A stretch of DNA of 54,349 nt, filler included, from Basidioascus undulatus (taxonomy: Eukaryota): the NCBI GenBank assembly GCA_000826855.1. It is 3 parts of 3 records of this genome, joined end to end, with 100 filler letters (N's around TTAATTAATTAA, not from the genome) between each part and the next. Parts side by side here need not be neighbours in the genome. Positions count along the whole stretch, not along the records: positions 1 to 18,068 come from JTLS01000490.1; positions 18,169 to 36,213 come from JTLS01000491.1; 1 more part is not named here. One strand, given 5' to 3'. The position numbers were made by a program, and so were the translations under genes. The notes below the pieces were generated by a model that saw nothing but the letters and a program-made list of their open reading frames with translations, made no database searches and was not told the DNA's origin. Shown in pieces: positions 13,241 to 26,260 of the stretch. Position 1 is the stretch's first letter. The number at the start of each line of letters is the position of its first letter.

Positions 13241-14725
13241 ATGGCTCCCGTCAACGGCATCCGCGGAGAACAGTCCAAGAAGTTCCACTCCAAGGTGGTA
13301 TGTAGACGGTTCCTTGCTCGGGTCGTGTCGCAGGCGCTGCGAAGGGGCAGCTATGGCGTGATGGCGTCCGCTCGCTGCATGGATGCTCACTCTGACCGCC
13401 TTCGCTGCAGGTAATCATTGGCTCTGGCCCTGCCGGCCACACCGCCGCCGTCTACCTGGCGCGTGCGAACCTCGAGCCTGTCCTCTTCGAGGTGCGTTGC
13501 GTCTTCTCCATCTCCCACTCCCACTCCCTCCCCCAGCGTCCCGCTCAGAAGTTGGCTTTCGCTCGCAGGGCATGCTCGCCAACGGCTTCGCGCCCGGCGG
13601 CCAGCTGACGACGACTACGGACGTCGAGAACTTCCCCGGCTTCCCGGAGGGGATCCGCGGGCCGGAGATGATGGACAAGTTCCGGCAGCAGTCTGAGCGC
13701 TTCGGCACGCGCATTCTCACCGAGACGGTCTCGAAGGTGGACCTCTCGCAGCGCCCGTTCAAGTACTGGCGCGAGGGCGCCGAGGACGAGGAGCCCGAGA
13801 CTGCCGACACCATCATCATCGCTACCGGCGCGTCCGCCAAGCGCCTCTTCCTCCCCGGAGAGGACATCTACTGGCAGAGCGGTATCTCCGCGTGCGCGGT
13901 CTGCGACGGCGCTGTCCCCATCTTCCGTAACAAGCCCCTCGCTGTTATCGGCGGTGGTGACTCCGCCGCGGAGGAGGCTACCTACCTCACCAAGTACGCT
14001 TCCCACGGTGAGTGCTTGCTTCCCTTCCCCCTTTCCCTTATCTTCGCCTCGACTTTTTCCTGCAAATTGCTGAACGGGAAACGCGTCCGGCAGTCTACGT
14101 CCTCGTCCGCCGTGAGGAGCTCCGCGCGTCCAAGATCATGGCCCAGCGTCTGCTCAAGAACCCCAAGATCACCGTCCTCTGGAACACGGTCGCGACGGAG
14201 GCGAAGGGCGACGGCGACCTGCTGAACGCGCTCGTCATCAAGGACACCAAGACGGGCGAGACCAAGGATCTCCAGGTCAACGGTCTCTTCTACGCCATCG
14301 GTTCGTCGCTCTTCCCCTCCTCTCCCGTCCTGCCATCATCTCCCTCCCTTCCCGTTTTGCCCATGCTTATGCTTTGTCGATTTTCAGGCCACGAGCCCGC
14401 GACCCAACTCGTCCGCGACCAGATCGAGGTCGACGAGGACGGGTACATCAAGACCGTGCCCGGCACGTCGCAGACGTCCATTAAGGGCGTCTTCGCCGCC
14501 GGTGACGTCCAGGACAAGAAGTGGCGCCAGGCCATCACGTCCGCCGGCTCCGGCTGCATCGCCGCGCTCGAGGTCGAGCGCCTGCTTGCTGAGTGCGTCG
14601 CTCGCTCTTCCTCCCCCTTCTCCATTTCACTGGAAACGGTGGCTGACTGGGCGTTGGGATGACGTTGCAGGGAGGAGGCCGACGCGGAGCCGCATGAGGC
14701 GACGGGCGTTGAGAACTGGAACTAA
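13241..14725 (+). CDS. TRR1: Thioredoxin reductase (low molecular weight type)
   Basis: [39 protein letters not shown] (CxxC), [20 protein letters not shown]; stop TAA at 14723-14725. Possible ACG-initiated extension from 13028. Confidence 0.98.
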
Positions 14726-15290
14726 TTCGTCATTTGCGTTATTTTGTGAGTCCTGGCTTTCGCCTGTACGTCCGGCAGGAGACGCTGACGTCTTCCGACA
14801 GTTGTTTTGCCTCTTCCCTCTTCGTCCATGATACCGCCCAACACGACACCACCCCACATTCTTTTCTTTCTTTGCTTTCTTTGAACGCGCACAACACTGC
14901 ATCTTAGACGATAGACGTCCTACATACATTGGAGATTGAGAATGACACGATGCGTCGTCGGGGTGTGAGTGCGGTCGTGGGATCGTCAGGACAGTAGCGG
15001 TCGCTTCGCTATCTGTGCCTGCGCATTATGAACACACTCAATGCCTAATATGCCCGTAAGTTTGCTTGAGTCAACACATTTTCAAGAAAAAAGCATCGAG
15101 AGAAAGGCTATGATGGCACTCCGCAAAGTGCTCCTCCAGCCCACCCGTAACCCCCACGCGAGCCATCGCCGGCGCGCGGGCCCTTACCCCTCTCTAGCAG
15201 CCCACCCACCGCACCTCCATCCTCCCGACCTTGCTCCTTTGTGCTTAGCCCATCTCATCCTCACTCTCAGACTCTCCAGTCCGCCGCTAC

Positions 15291-15645
15291 GTGAGTCTCG
15301 GAGGCTCTGTTGCGGACAGCGTCGCTTGCTGGGGCGCCGTGGCGATCGCAGGGCGCGGTGCGGTGGCCGCGCGAGAAACCCAGATGGGGCTGGGCGATCG
15401 GGAGGGGTGTGGGCAGTTGGAGGGGGGCGATGGACGGGTCAGGAGCGCTGTGGACACTTCGGGGATCAGGGGGGATGCAGTTGAACGGGAAATGTGGATG
15501 GGGAAGGCAGCTGCCGGTAGCCTTCCAGCGCGCAACCCCCTGCTCTCCGCCAGGCCCGGTGGCCTCTGACCGACGCAGACCGCGTCATCCCACCATCCAC
15601 CTACCCTCATAACTCTGACGTTCCTTGTGCTCTCGTCCGGTCTAG
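15291..15645 (+). promoter_or_regulatory. Long 5'-UTR intron of VMA3
   Basis: GTGAGT donor at 15291, CTGAC branch near 15615, TAG acceptor at 15643-15645, 11 nt before the ATG. Confidence 0.6.
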
Positions 15646-15656
15646 GAAAAGCCGCC

Positions 15657-16498
15657 ATGTCGTCCGACCTCTGCCCCGCGTACGCGCCCTTCTTCGGAGC
15701 CATGGTGCGTCTTTTCCCCTCCCCTCTCTCCCACCTCTCGCCATGCTGATCTGGTTAATTGTGTATATGTGGTGTGAAATAGGGCTGCACCGCCGCTATC
15801 GTCTTCACTTGCCTCGGCGCGTCCTACGGCACGGCTAAGTCCGGCGTCGGCATCTCCGCGATGGGTGTCCTCCGTCCTGACGTGCGTAGAGGTGATTGAT
15901 TGCGCAGGGACGGGGACTGACTGGTGTGTGGGGTGGGGGATGCAGCTCATGATGAAGTGTATCGTCCCCGTTATCATGGCGGGTATTATCGCCATCTACG
16001 GTCTAGTCGTCTCTGTCCTCATCTCGGGTGACCGTGCGTGCCTCCCCCCCCTTCCCGTCTCCTCTCCCTCTTCTTCATTGACGCTGGCTTTTCCGCGACA
16101 GTTCGGTCCCCCATGCCCCTGTATACCGGCTTCATCCAGCTCGGCGCGGGCCTGTCCGTCGGCCTCGCCGGTCTCGCCGCCGGCTTCGCGATCGGCATCG
16201 TCGGCGACGCGGGCGTCCGGGGTACCGCCCAACAGCCCAGGCTCTTCGTCGGCATGGTGCGTCCGCTCGTTCCGGCGCGCTGGCTGGAGCAGCAGGGATG
16301 CTAACATGGCATGGCGGGGCGGCGGTGAATAGATCCTCATCCTCATTTTCGCTGAGGTCCTGGGTCTGTACGGTCTCATCGTCGCGCTTATCCTCAACAC
16401 TCGCGCGAACGAGGTTCAGGGCACGGTGCGTATCGTCTCCGTGTTCTCTCTCTCGACTGCGACCGACCCGCCGCTAACACCTCTTTCGACAGTGCTAA
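15657..16498 (+). CDS. VMA3: V-ATPase 16-kDa proteolipid subunit c
   Basis: [92 protein letters not shown]; the last exon is TGC TAA. Confidence 0.98.
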
Positions 16499-17113
16499 TC
16501 GTCCTCCGCTCATCTCGGGGTCGATTAACCCTCCCAACCACAACCATCGTACTCCGCCCCTCCCCCTGCCTTCCTTACCCCCGCCCCTTTCCTCTCCGGC
16601 CGACCTAAAGACGACTTGTGATCTGCATAAAGAACCCCTCCCCCGCCGCGCTGGAGCATCCCGCCTAGCTGTTCAATTCAACCTTTTGTTACACGTCTCG
16701 TTTTACTACATATTTTTCTCCATTTCGTCTCGCCAAAGATGTTTGAGAACATGCTGCGAAGATTGAGCTGCGCAAGTTGCACCTGCGAGGGCTGTTCAGT
16801 GTGGGTGGGTGTGTAGCACACGGCAGCGGGCTGTGCGCACACTCGGCTGTGGTCTGGAAAGTAAACTTGCGACCGGAACAAGATTGCACGGGAGAACTGA
16901 CACGAAAGGTAAAACTAATGCCGGGCGTGAAGGTCTTGCGATAGTCGAAAAGGAAGACAGATTGGCAAAGGAGAGGTGACGCAAGCGTCGCGAGTCGCGT
17001 CCAGAAAGTTAAGAAGCCGCTGCGAGCGCCTTGCCGCCACCGCCTTTCCACACCCACATTCAACGCAGCACTTCGTCCCCAAGTAACCCTCGTCAAAGAA
17101 CGCACATAGCCTA

Positions 17114-18068
17114 ATGATGGGACCCCCCCAACTCCCCAAGCGCGGCGCCTCCGGCCCCTCCTCCTCGCCGTCCTCCTCCACCGACCGCGCGCGCGAAGAG
17201 GCGCGCGAGCTGATGCTCCAGAAGGACGAGATCGAGGCTGAGATTGGGGTGCACAGCTCGGCGCTGAAATCGGTATGTCTTCCCTGGACTTCGCTTGCCC
17301 GGGGGGCTGTGTTGATGAGGAATGGAGAGGTAGCAAGGCGCGGACATGACCTGCCCGCTTGTGGATCTGGAGGGGTTTCCGCGATCGGATATGGATCTAG
17401 TGAGTTTCCGCTGGAATATGCAGAAGGGGTGAGAAGCCGGGGTGGCGGGGGTGCTTATCGGGAGGGGAGCAGGTGGCGGTCCGGACGGCACGGTTTCATG
17501 TCCACCGGTTGAGGAATGATTTGCAGGCGGTGATGAATCGGATTGAGGAGAAGCTGCATGAGGTGCGTCGTGCTTTATTAATTCTTGGTACAAATATTGG
17601 CTCATGCGGGCTTGGAGGTTCAAGGTGTATGCGAAACCCGAGCCAGGCAAGGCTGCACCGGAAGCACCAGCGCCTACAGCGGGCGCGGCGGGCGCGGTGG
17701 ATGAGGAGAGCGAGTGGGCGGTCATCAAGGGCGTCATGCCTGGTAGCCCGGCGGACGAGGCGGTGCGTTGTTGGGAAGCGGAAAATTAACTTGACTGGTG
17801 GGCTGGCGCTGATGCGGGATGCGAGTGGTGGGACAGGGCTTGAAGCGCGAAGACCGGATCCTGCGCTTTGGGGCGCTCAAGGCGCGCAATAACGACGGGC
17901 TCAAGGCGTTGCCCCCGCTTGTGCAAGCGCATGAGAACGTGCGTCTTCCCCAGTGTTCCCGATGCTCGAGCTGACGGTGTGATGGGAAAAGCAGCGCCCG
18001 ATCCAGATTGTTGTGCGCCGTGGGGAAGGGGAAGGGGGAGGGGAGAAGGTCAGGCTCGGCCTTGTCCC
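17114..18068 (+). CDS. NAS2: 26S proteasome assembly chaperone Nas2/PSMD9 (PDZ), truncated at contig end
   Basis: ELMLQKDEIEAEI, PLVDLEGFPRSDMDL, AVRTAR..LRNDLQAVM, VMPGSPADEA|GLKREDRILRFG. Confidence 0.92.
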
Positions 18069-18168
18069 NNNNNNNNNNNNNNNNNNNNNNNNNNNNNNNN
18101 NNNNNNNNNNNNTTAATTAATTAANNNNNNNNNNNNNNNNNNNNNNNNNNNNNNNNNNNNNNNNNNNN
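18069..18168. other. Artificial contig-joining spacer
   Basis: 44 N + TTAATTAATTAA (stops in all six frames) + 44 N. Confidence 0.99.
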
Positions 18169-18800
18169 GGGAGAGGTCGCATGAGGGCTGGGGAAGATCC
18201 GCTCCAGTCAGTCAGTTGCGTGCGATCGCGAAAGCACGGACGCACCGAGATGAAGAACAGCGCGCCCGGCACCCCGGCTTCGTGCATTTTCGCGGAGCCC
18301 AGCTCGGGAGGTACCGCGTCAGCGCAAGACAGAGATGCGCGCCCGAGCTGTCTCCCACGAGGGCGATGTTGCGCGGTGCGAAGCCGAGGGCGCGGAGGTA
18401 TGTGTATGCGGCGAGGAGGTCGTACAGCTGCGCGGGGAAGGCTGTGGAGGGGGAGAGGGACTTGCGGTAGTTGAGGGCTTGGATGGAAGTTAGTGGAGAT
18501 CAATTTGAGATAGTATTCAGGAGATAAAGAGTGCGTACAGAGACCGCGCCGCGAGGTGCATTGGCAGATGCCGTAGGGAAAGGGCGTGCCCATGAGGTGG
18601 CCCATTACCCGTGACCTGTGAAGGGAAGTCAGTGGCTCTATTTTATGCTTTCAATGTTTTTAAGAAACACTAACCCTCCCGCAAGATACAAAGGCATCTT
18701 TTCACCCTCTTCAACGCGCTCATCCCCCTCCTTCCACCTCTTGCCCTCCACAAAGGACGTTGGGGGTTGGGGGTTCTTGGGTGCTGTGATGCTTCTATTT
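18169..18800 (-). pseudogene. HSL-family alpha/beta hydrolase (esterase) fragment, frameshifted, cut by contig end
   Basis: EKMPLYLAGG, LNYRKSLSPSTAFPAQLYDLLAAYTYL, IALVGDSSGAHL (nucleophile elbow), then a one-base shift to GVPGALFFIS|PSCDLS. Confidence 0.75.
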
Positions 18801-21800
18801 CAGGACGGCAGGGAGGAATATCTTTGAGGGAGGCCTGATGTTCCTTCGGACATGAGCGATACAGTCGTCTGAAAGCGATGACGACGTACGAGGGCTGGCG
18901 CGATAGTGATTCACGATCGAGGTACTTAATGGTCTACAGTGCTCTTTGGACTGGATTTCTTTGAATATCGGATGTGAGTTCTCGTCCGCAGCACTGCGAA
19001 GCGCCGAGGGTGAGGGGCATGCCGCAGACTGTAGTTTTGAAAAACAGCTGAAAATTTGTCACATTCCGGCTGTCCCAAAAGCAGTACCAAAAGTCGGGCG
19101 GCCTTCTTGAGGTCTGCTGAAATTGTAAGTGGATGGTAGTTGTCAAGGAAGGGGCAAGATGTGAAACATTTCAAGCTGCGCTCGGAGTCTCTCCTCTGGG
19201 CCAGGAGACAGTGGGCACCGGGCAGCACAGGGCTGCGGGTGATCGCTGCAGCAAGCTGCTGCCAAACAGCTTCAAGAATAACCGATTATACCGCCCGTCC
19301 CGGGACATTAGAAGCAATGGAACGTGCTTGTTGGAGTTCATGTCGTATTAGCCGCGAAGTGATCTGAGCGTCCCTTCTGCTGGCCACGGTGTTGTTCCCG
19401 GCCAACTTTCCTCCGTCAGCGCTGTTTCTGCCCGTGGTCTGCCGAGCAGCACGGTCCTGCTTCGAAGTCGCCGATACGACGTCTCATTTATCCGAAGAGC
19501 AGATGTCCCGGGCCGCTTTAAAAGTGAGGTCGCCTCGTTTCGTCAGTAGTTACAAAGGCCGGGGAGCCGGAAGATTTAAACTTTACCATGGCACCCAGCG
19601 GTATTTCAGGGAAAGCGAACTTTTGGAATCAAGTATTGCTCAAGGTACCCATGTTCAGCTGTATCCGATGTTTGATACACTAATCAGTCAGAATGTGAAG
19701 TTGCGCAACGAAAAGGGGGATGCCGACACTGCACGCGCGGCCCGTCGAGAACGCTGCAATTCTGGATTTCCCTTCTCACCCACTCACCGTCGTCGTCCTC
19801 CATAGCCGTCCTCAGAGAGGTTCCCCATATAATCTTCCATGCCGAGCCATTTCCGCAACTTGTTCTACTATCCTGGCTCGAGCCATCGCCCGTTCGGGTT
19901 CCCGGGGCCGCAAGGGAGGCTGCCGAAGGACGCGCCGGTCGTCCTCTACTCGCTTGGCAAGGGCGGAACGTTACTAGTCCTTAACGTTGTGCTTCTTGAG
20001 GCGACCCAAAGTCTTCTGAGGGATGTGGGTTACCCTGGTGAGCGGATATCCACACACTGCATAAGCAACATTTCAAGCGCCGGCTCAAGTGTTCACGACT
20101 GGCCCGTCCGACTCAGGCGCTGTGCTGTGTTTGGTATCTCATGAACGCGTGGAAAGGGACGAGGCGTTCAGTCAGAGGGTCTACCAAACACCTCATTCAG
20201 GAGACGTTTTGGAGCGCTTGATCGATCGGACTGAGCTTGCAGAGCTGACGCTCGCGGTCGGAGTGGTGTCCATCGAAGTCCTGCCGGAAGGGGAGCGCCG
20301 AGCAAGCGCCTTTAGGGAGATGGTGGAGGAGAGGTGAATCTCCTGTGTGGTGTTCTTCTTCGTTACAATAATGAACTCACTCAGGATGGCCGCGCCCGAG
20401 GATCTGGACCGCCAAGCTAGGCCGTCGTCTCGACCGGGAGGAGGACGGGAGCACCGTGTGCGATGATGGGCTGGAGAGTAGTAGTGTCAGGGAAACACCT
20501 GAGCCTGGGATGGGAACGCAAAGGTCCGTATTTGTATGGCAGCCATAAATACCCGTATCCAAGCTTATGTGGGAGGGAATGGTAACTTAACAGTCAGCTC
20601 CTCGCCAGCCTTCTTCAAGAGACGTTGCGCAAGTCTGGCGGCAGACAAGACGGAGCGGCAGCAAGAGCCACCGAAGACGAGGTAAGATACCAGGCCCGGT
20701 CTATGCACACTTGAATTTTTGAGGTGAACCTGTCCTCTCTTTCTCTTCAGCACGAGAAGGAGAGCCTGCACAAGATTCTCGAGGTGCTGACGCGCTGAAA
20801 CAAACTTCGATTTTGTTGATGGAGGTGCCCCACTGTAGCTGGTTATCTCTATCATTCAAGGTGAAGGGAGTTCTGAAGCGAATGGTCTCTCTCTTCTTAC
20901 TTCTCCTTTGGAAGACATATTGGTGTGAGGCCATGCGTGAGGCAAGAGCTGCCTCTGTGCAATCGCTCTGCACAGCAAAGCGACATGATCGGAGGCTGAA
21001 TCCTGTGCGTAGCACAGGTGGGGTCTTGCGCTCAGCGTTGGTCGGTGTACACCGGACCCAACCTCTCCGATGAAATCTCCAGAAACTTCCTAGTACTAAC
21101 AAAAGCAGCAGGACGGCCCGACTGCTTCCTTACCACAGCGCGGAGCTCATGCTTCCGTCAACGGCCCCTGATATGATGACCCCCTGTATGCCATGTCGGT
21201 ATTGACTGGGAATAATAATTTATCTTTGGTTCTGAGGAAAGATTCCCGTGGGAGGCAGATAAGGGTGGGTCATCAATGTCTCGTGCACGGCTTTTGCAGC
21301 GCTCAGTACTACTTCATCTCCGTGTCTGGGGATGCCTCGTGGCAAGCTACAGTCAGAGCTCTAGATTGCTAGCTGACGCCGATGCATATCAGATTAGATA
21401 TCTCGGTGGCAATTTGGCACTCGGGACTCCTCTATAGCTTTTATGTATGCAGAGCCGAACGGGTCTCCTGAAAGCCACTCGTGGAGTGCGGACGTGCCGC
21501 TGGCTATTCCGGTCGAACACTGGCAGTGATTCCGTGGCACAGTGACCCGTGTGTGAAGGGCGTTGTGCTTCCGTACGATGGAAGCTACAAAGGTGTATGG
21601 GTACCGAAGGCGACCTTGGCATTAATTTGCCATCATCAGTGATGCCATGTGTTGCTGCTCTGAATGGCGTGCTCGAAATAGGATCTCGTGTGCCCTAGTG
21701 ACCTTCCTTGAAAAATTGCTCCGTCTTCCGAATGCCGTTCTGTAGGGCCGGGAAAGTCGACGTGGGTTCAAAAGGGGCTTTTGTGTGGCTGAGGCTGAAG

Positions 21801-23063
21801 ACACAAAAGCAGACCGTGCACTCGAAGTTAATTGCGGGTCAAACTCGGCGTGCAGCTGCAGAGCTTTGACCTTGGGGAGTTTCACCGCCGGCTGCCTCGA
21901 GAGACTGCAAGTCGGCTGCCGAAGTCGCCTTCCGCCCATCAGGTTGCCCTTGCTCACGCGTTACGTGGGCCAATCTCACCATATGAAAGGTTGCTATGCA
22001 AATATGATTTTTTCGCTCAGACAAAAAGCCCTCTGCGGCGCCAAGGACAGGGGCCGCAGTCAACGGAGGTGGGGCCTTCGAAACACCCGGAGATCCGGAG
22101 TCGCCACTGGATAAGGAGTCGTGTATATATGACGTACTCTACTCCCTGCGAAGGATTTCGCTCACTGATGATGCCAGCAGAGCCGATATCAAGCTCTCAC
22201 TCGGCCAGCCACGCCTGAAACTGCGTTGCGCATTCACGTCAGTTGACTGCATTTGCCTCCGATTGGTCCAGTCCAGCAGTGAGGTTGTACATTTCTCTGA
22301 ACACCGTAGACTACCTCTGGCAGGAACGAGAAATAAAACTGAGAAAGACTCGGCTCAAAATAGACTGCATAGGTAGGTTCAGCTTTGCAGCATCATCGCC
22401 TCGAGAACTTCTGTTCTCGTGATCAGTGAGTGTCCGACTGTGTGGTGCCGATCCGGCTGGCTGGGCTGCTTGTTCGGCATCGCCTCACCCCAGCAAAATA
22501 CCTGCATAAATTGCGGGCCTCAATTCCCATAGCATTCAATTTTCTTTGCCTTTGGTGCGTACCATGAGGCTTGTGAGTTGGAATGTCCGGCGAACAGCAA
22601 ACGCTTAGCTCGCGCACAGCGCTTCCACGACAATGGTCGCACTAAGGCGTGTCGATTGACGACGTATTACCCTGGAATTGTTTGGGAGAAGTTCATCGGG
22701 TCCCCCCTCTTCGGGGACAACTCAAATGACCTGAACTACTTTCAGATGCCGCGGGGCAGGGTGGGGACGGCTCGGCGGATAGTTGCCGTGTGAGCCGGGG
22801 CAGTAAGGTGTTCGTCAAACTCAGGTCCTCCCTGGGCTCGAATATTCTCAGTACCGGCTCAACAGCTCGCTCCCGTTGCTCCTGACCATCACACGGACGC
22901 CAATTTCTGCACGACCAAGCGGGCCAAGCCGGGTGCAGCATCGCTCACGCTCTATACCTTCTCTCCCTCAGTCTTCCACACATCCACACAGGCCGAGGCG
23001 GACGCTCCCTTCGCCTTCTGAAGCCTGTCACCACCCTCGAGGCACACGAGCCGGAAGATATAT

Positions 23064-25213
23064 ATGGTTGGAACACTTTATATTGCCGCGGAGGAGTTCT
23101 CGTCCCGAGGAGAAAAAGCGGGGCTCGCGGTCAGTGATCATAGAGTTCGAACGTCGACAACTCCTTCGCTGACGGGGCGAGCTTGCACAGATAATCGGAG
23201 CAGCCGGGACTCTCTCCGCTTTCTCCACGTTTGGTCTCCTCATTTACATCCTTGTGAGTCCTCTAAACTTCAAAACCCCTCGATGCCTGTAAGTGACTTC
23301 ACTGTCGGCTGCAGTGGCAAGGTGTCCTGGCGCCGCCTTCACGACGAACGGATGTCACGAACGGAATTCGCGGATTTCTGCGATCTAGTCTGGGAGGCTA
23401 CCTCACGTCTCTTCTTGTATCCGATTGTATACAAGGAATTGCATTTGCAATGAACTTCCGGTGAGTCCATACACCGCAGATGGCAGTCCATTCTGTCCGC
23501 GTTAACCCAAAGTTCACAGATGGTCTTCCCTTGGACGCATTGAGGCGGGGCCAGTCTGCAGTGCCCAAGGTAAGAATTCCTGATGTTTCTGACAAATGGC
23601 AATTAATAATCCTACGATACGCTTCAGGTGGAATGTCGCAATTGGGTGACCTTGGGAGCGTAGTCTGGAGTCTCTGCATCACCTGCCATACGTTTTGTAC
23701 GTCCATTACACATTGTCCGTCAGTTCAGACTCTTTCTGACGAGCAGCGAGTCCAGCTGTTCTTTTCTACACCCGCAGGTGAGCTCACAAGCCCTCCTTCG
23801 CTTATGCCCGAAGCTGAATAGCGGCGAACGTTTCTCCAGGCCACCAACCTGTGTGGCTCCATTGGTGCTTTCCTGCGGTTGGATCATCATTATTGTTCTC
23901 CCAATCGTCGGACCGACCGCGATTCAGCAGGGCAACGAGAGCTTCTACTCAGTCAGCGGAGCTTGGTGCTGGTGCGTATAGTTGCTTCCAGACGAAGCAG
24001 CTGGACAAGCTGAAACCTATAGCTATCGGCATTTTCAGGATCAGCACTCCTTACGAAATCCCTCGACTCTTTTACTTCTATGTGAGTAATTTGCTCTCGG
24101 TCTGCAGACACCCTGTACACACGCTGCAGCGATCAAGAATCTCACTAACAGTGTCGTCGTACAGGTCTGGGCACTTCTCGATCTCGCCCTCTCCATAGTC
24201 CTATACAGCTTGATCTGTACGCTGATTTCAATTCCATATGCTTGATACTTGTGCCTAAGCTCCTTACGCTCCTGCAGACCTCCGCTTTTCGGGCTACCTC
24301 GTCGTCGAAGGCGCGAAAGTCAGCATCGGCAAGGGCCGGGCGTCGCTCGCGTGCCTCATGCCATGGTCGAGCAGCGCGAACCACTCGAGCCACCTTGGCA
24401 GCGGGTCGAACTCGGGCCCGTCCAGCGGTCAGCTGGGCACGAACCTCAGCGACGAAGCGCCTGTCGGGAAGCATGTCCGGGCCGTGTCGCGGAAGCTCAT
24501 GCTGTGAGCCTGTGAGCTTTGTACGTGCAAGTGGTCTGCGGCGAGCTGATAAGATGGTCGTTCTCGCAGCTATCCCTTCGCCTTCTTTTTCAACCTCCTC
24601 CCCGTCAGCATTGCGAAGCTCGGGCTCATGAGCAACTGGAATCCGCCATTCTGGTGCGTTGAGCCTCTCTCACGTGTCGTCACTCAGGTTTCTGATGTAT
24701 CGTTTTTGATTAGGTTTTTCGCCCTTGCCGGCACATGCTTCTGTCTTACTGGGTGCGCCAAGAGCAGTGGGACTGCTGTGCGCAGTGCAGGGAGATTGAC
24801 GCCGTTCCTTTGCAGAACCGTCAACGTCGTCCTCTTCCTCCTCACCCGGCACAGCTTCATCCGCAAAGTTCACCGGAACAGGAAGCGCATCCATATCACC
24901 ACCCACCAGTGCGTCCTTTACAGACTTTCTTGTTCTCTCTCTCCGCGTCTGATTGACAACGTGACCTTTCAGAATCACCGTCGTCGAGGGTGATCGGGAC
25001 ATCGGCACCATCACCTCCCCCAAGACGCCCAACATCCGAGTTAACGGCATCACGCCGATCGAGCTTCAAGACCTCTCCGAAAATTCTTCGCTCGAGAAAG
25101 TCTACGAAAATGGGCATGGCCACCACAGCGACGAGGAAGACAAGATGCCCGAGATGGACGGCGACTCGATGGCGAGCCGCCAGGGCTTGGTGCGGGTGGA
25201 CTATGGGAATTAG
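23064..25213 (+). CDS. Git3/Gpr1-like seven-TM G-protein-coupled receptor
   Basis: Spliced: LTSLLVSDCIQGIAF, CSAQG..QLGDLGSVVWSLCITCHTF, FYSVSGAWCW|IS, VSRKLML|YPFAF, GTVNVVLFLLTR; stop TAG at 25211-25213. Confidence 0.85.
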
Positions 25214-26260
25214 GAGACACTTTTTTTGTACTTTCGATGCCTGTAATACCTAACACTCTTTTGTTCTTTGATTTTCATGGCCTTATATTGAGCGGCCTTG
25301 CCTGCTCGCCCCGCCTGCGTGCACTGCTCAGCTGAATCCTGTCCCCAGCAAAATTCTTTTAAAACCTACACCTAACAGAGCTGAAATAGCGTGCATTCGA
25401 TCCATACCCCGCTCCTGCTCACTTAAGCAATCGTAGGTGAGAGGTCTTTGATCCTGCGAAGACGTGCGCCGTGCCGCTTGGATGTAGCCTAGACGTCGCC
25501 GTACAGGGAACCATCCGCCACGGCTTTGAATGCCCCGTTTGAAACTGTTCTGAGATCTGCTCTAGGTGACTCAAATATTTCATTCTGAGCGGATCTGTAA
25601 CATATGAACCTGGTGCCAATGGTACGTGCGGACTACCTGTTGGGTCTGCAGCCTGAGTCACTCATGCGTCCACCGTCTCCATCCAATCAGAGTCGTTATA
25701 TCTCTCGAGACTTCCTCGAATAAGTTCTATGTTTATTTCTACATTTCTGCGCTTTCACGGTGCGCAATTCACTGTCTGGAAGCTCTTTGCACACTGCGAT
25801 AGCGCGTGAGCAATGCTGAGTCAGTCAGAATCGCTCGAGCTGGGCCTTCCCAAATCTTTTGGAAGTTGCGTCTTGCCGACTCCTCTCGCCCTCGTCCCGA
25901 CCCTTGGTCGTCGCTCGCTTTACGCTTACTCTTGGGGCGATAGCACGTTCATCACCGCCTTATACGTAAACGGCATTTGCTCTCTCGTTTCGCCCAGATC
26001 GGCGCTTGCGAACCAGCTTGGTGGGTCATCTTCTGCCCAGGGGGCAGTCGCGCGAAGACGGCTCGCCTCCGCCACAGACCGAGGCAGCTTTACTTTGCAC
26101 GACTGCCTCTGTGCTTTACTTTCGGGCAATTTTATTGACCAATTGGAGAGGTTTTCAGTCCATAACCCCTCTCCTACCCGCCACCACCGCCAGTCGGCTC
26201 CCCCGCCTCGACCCGTTCCCACACCTGTCACCTCTTCCCCCCCCTCCCCCACCGCCCATC

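Noticed and set aside
18113..18124. TTAATTAATTAA as a piggyBac TTAA site or biological palindrome
   Set aside because: Centred in N runs and repeated identically at 36258-36269, so it is an artificial linker.
19389..19805. ORF containing FKLYHGT, reminiscent of ADP-ribosyltransferase folds
   Set aside because: Single short motif, no downstream ART motifs and no host-like codon bias.
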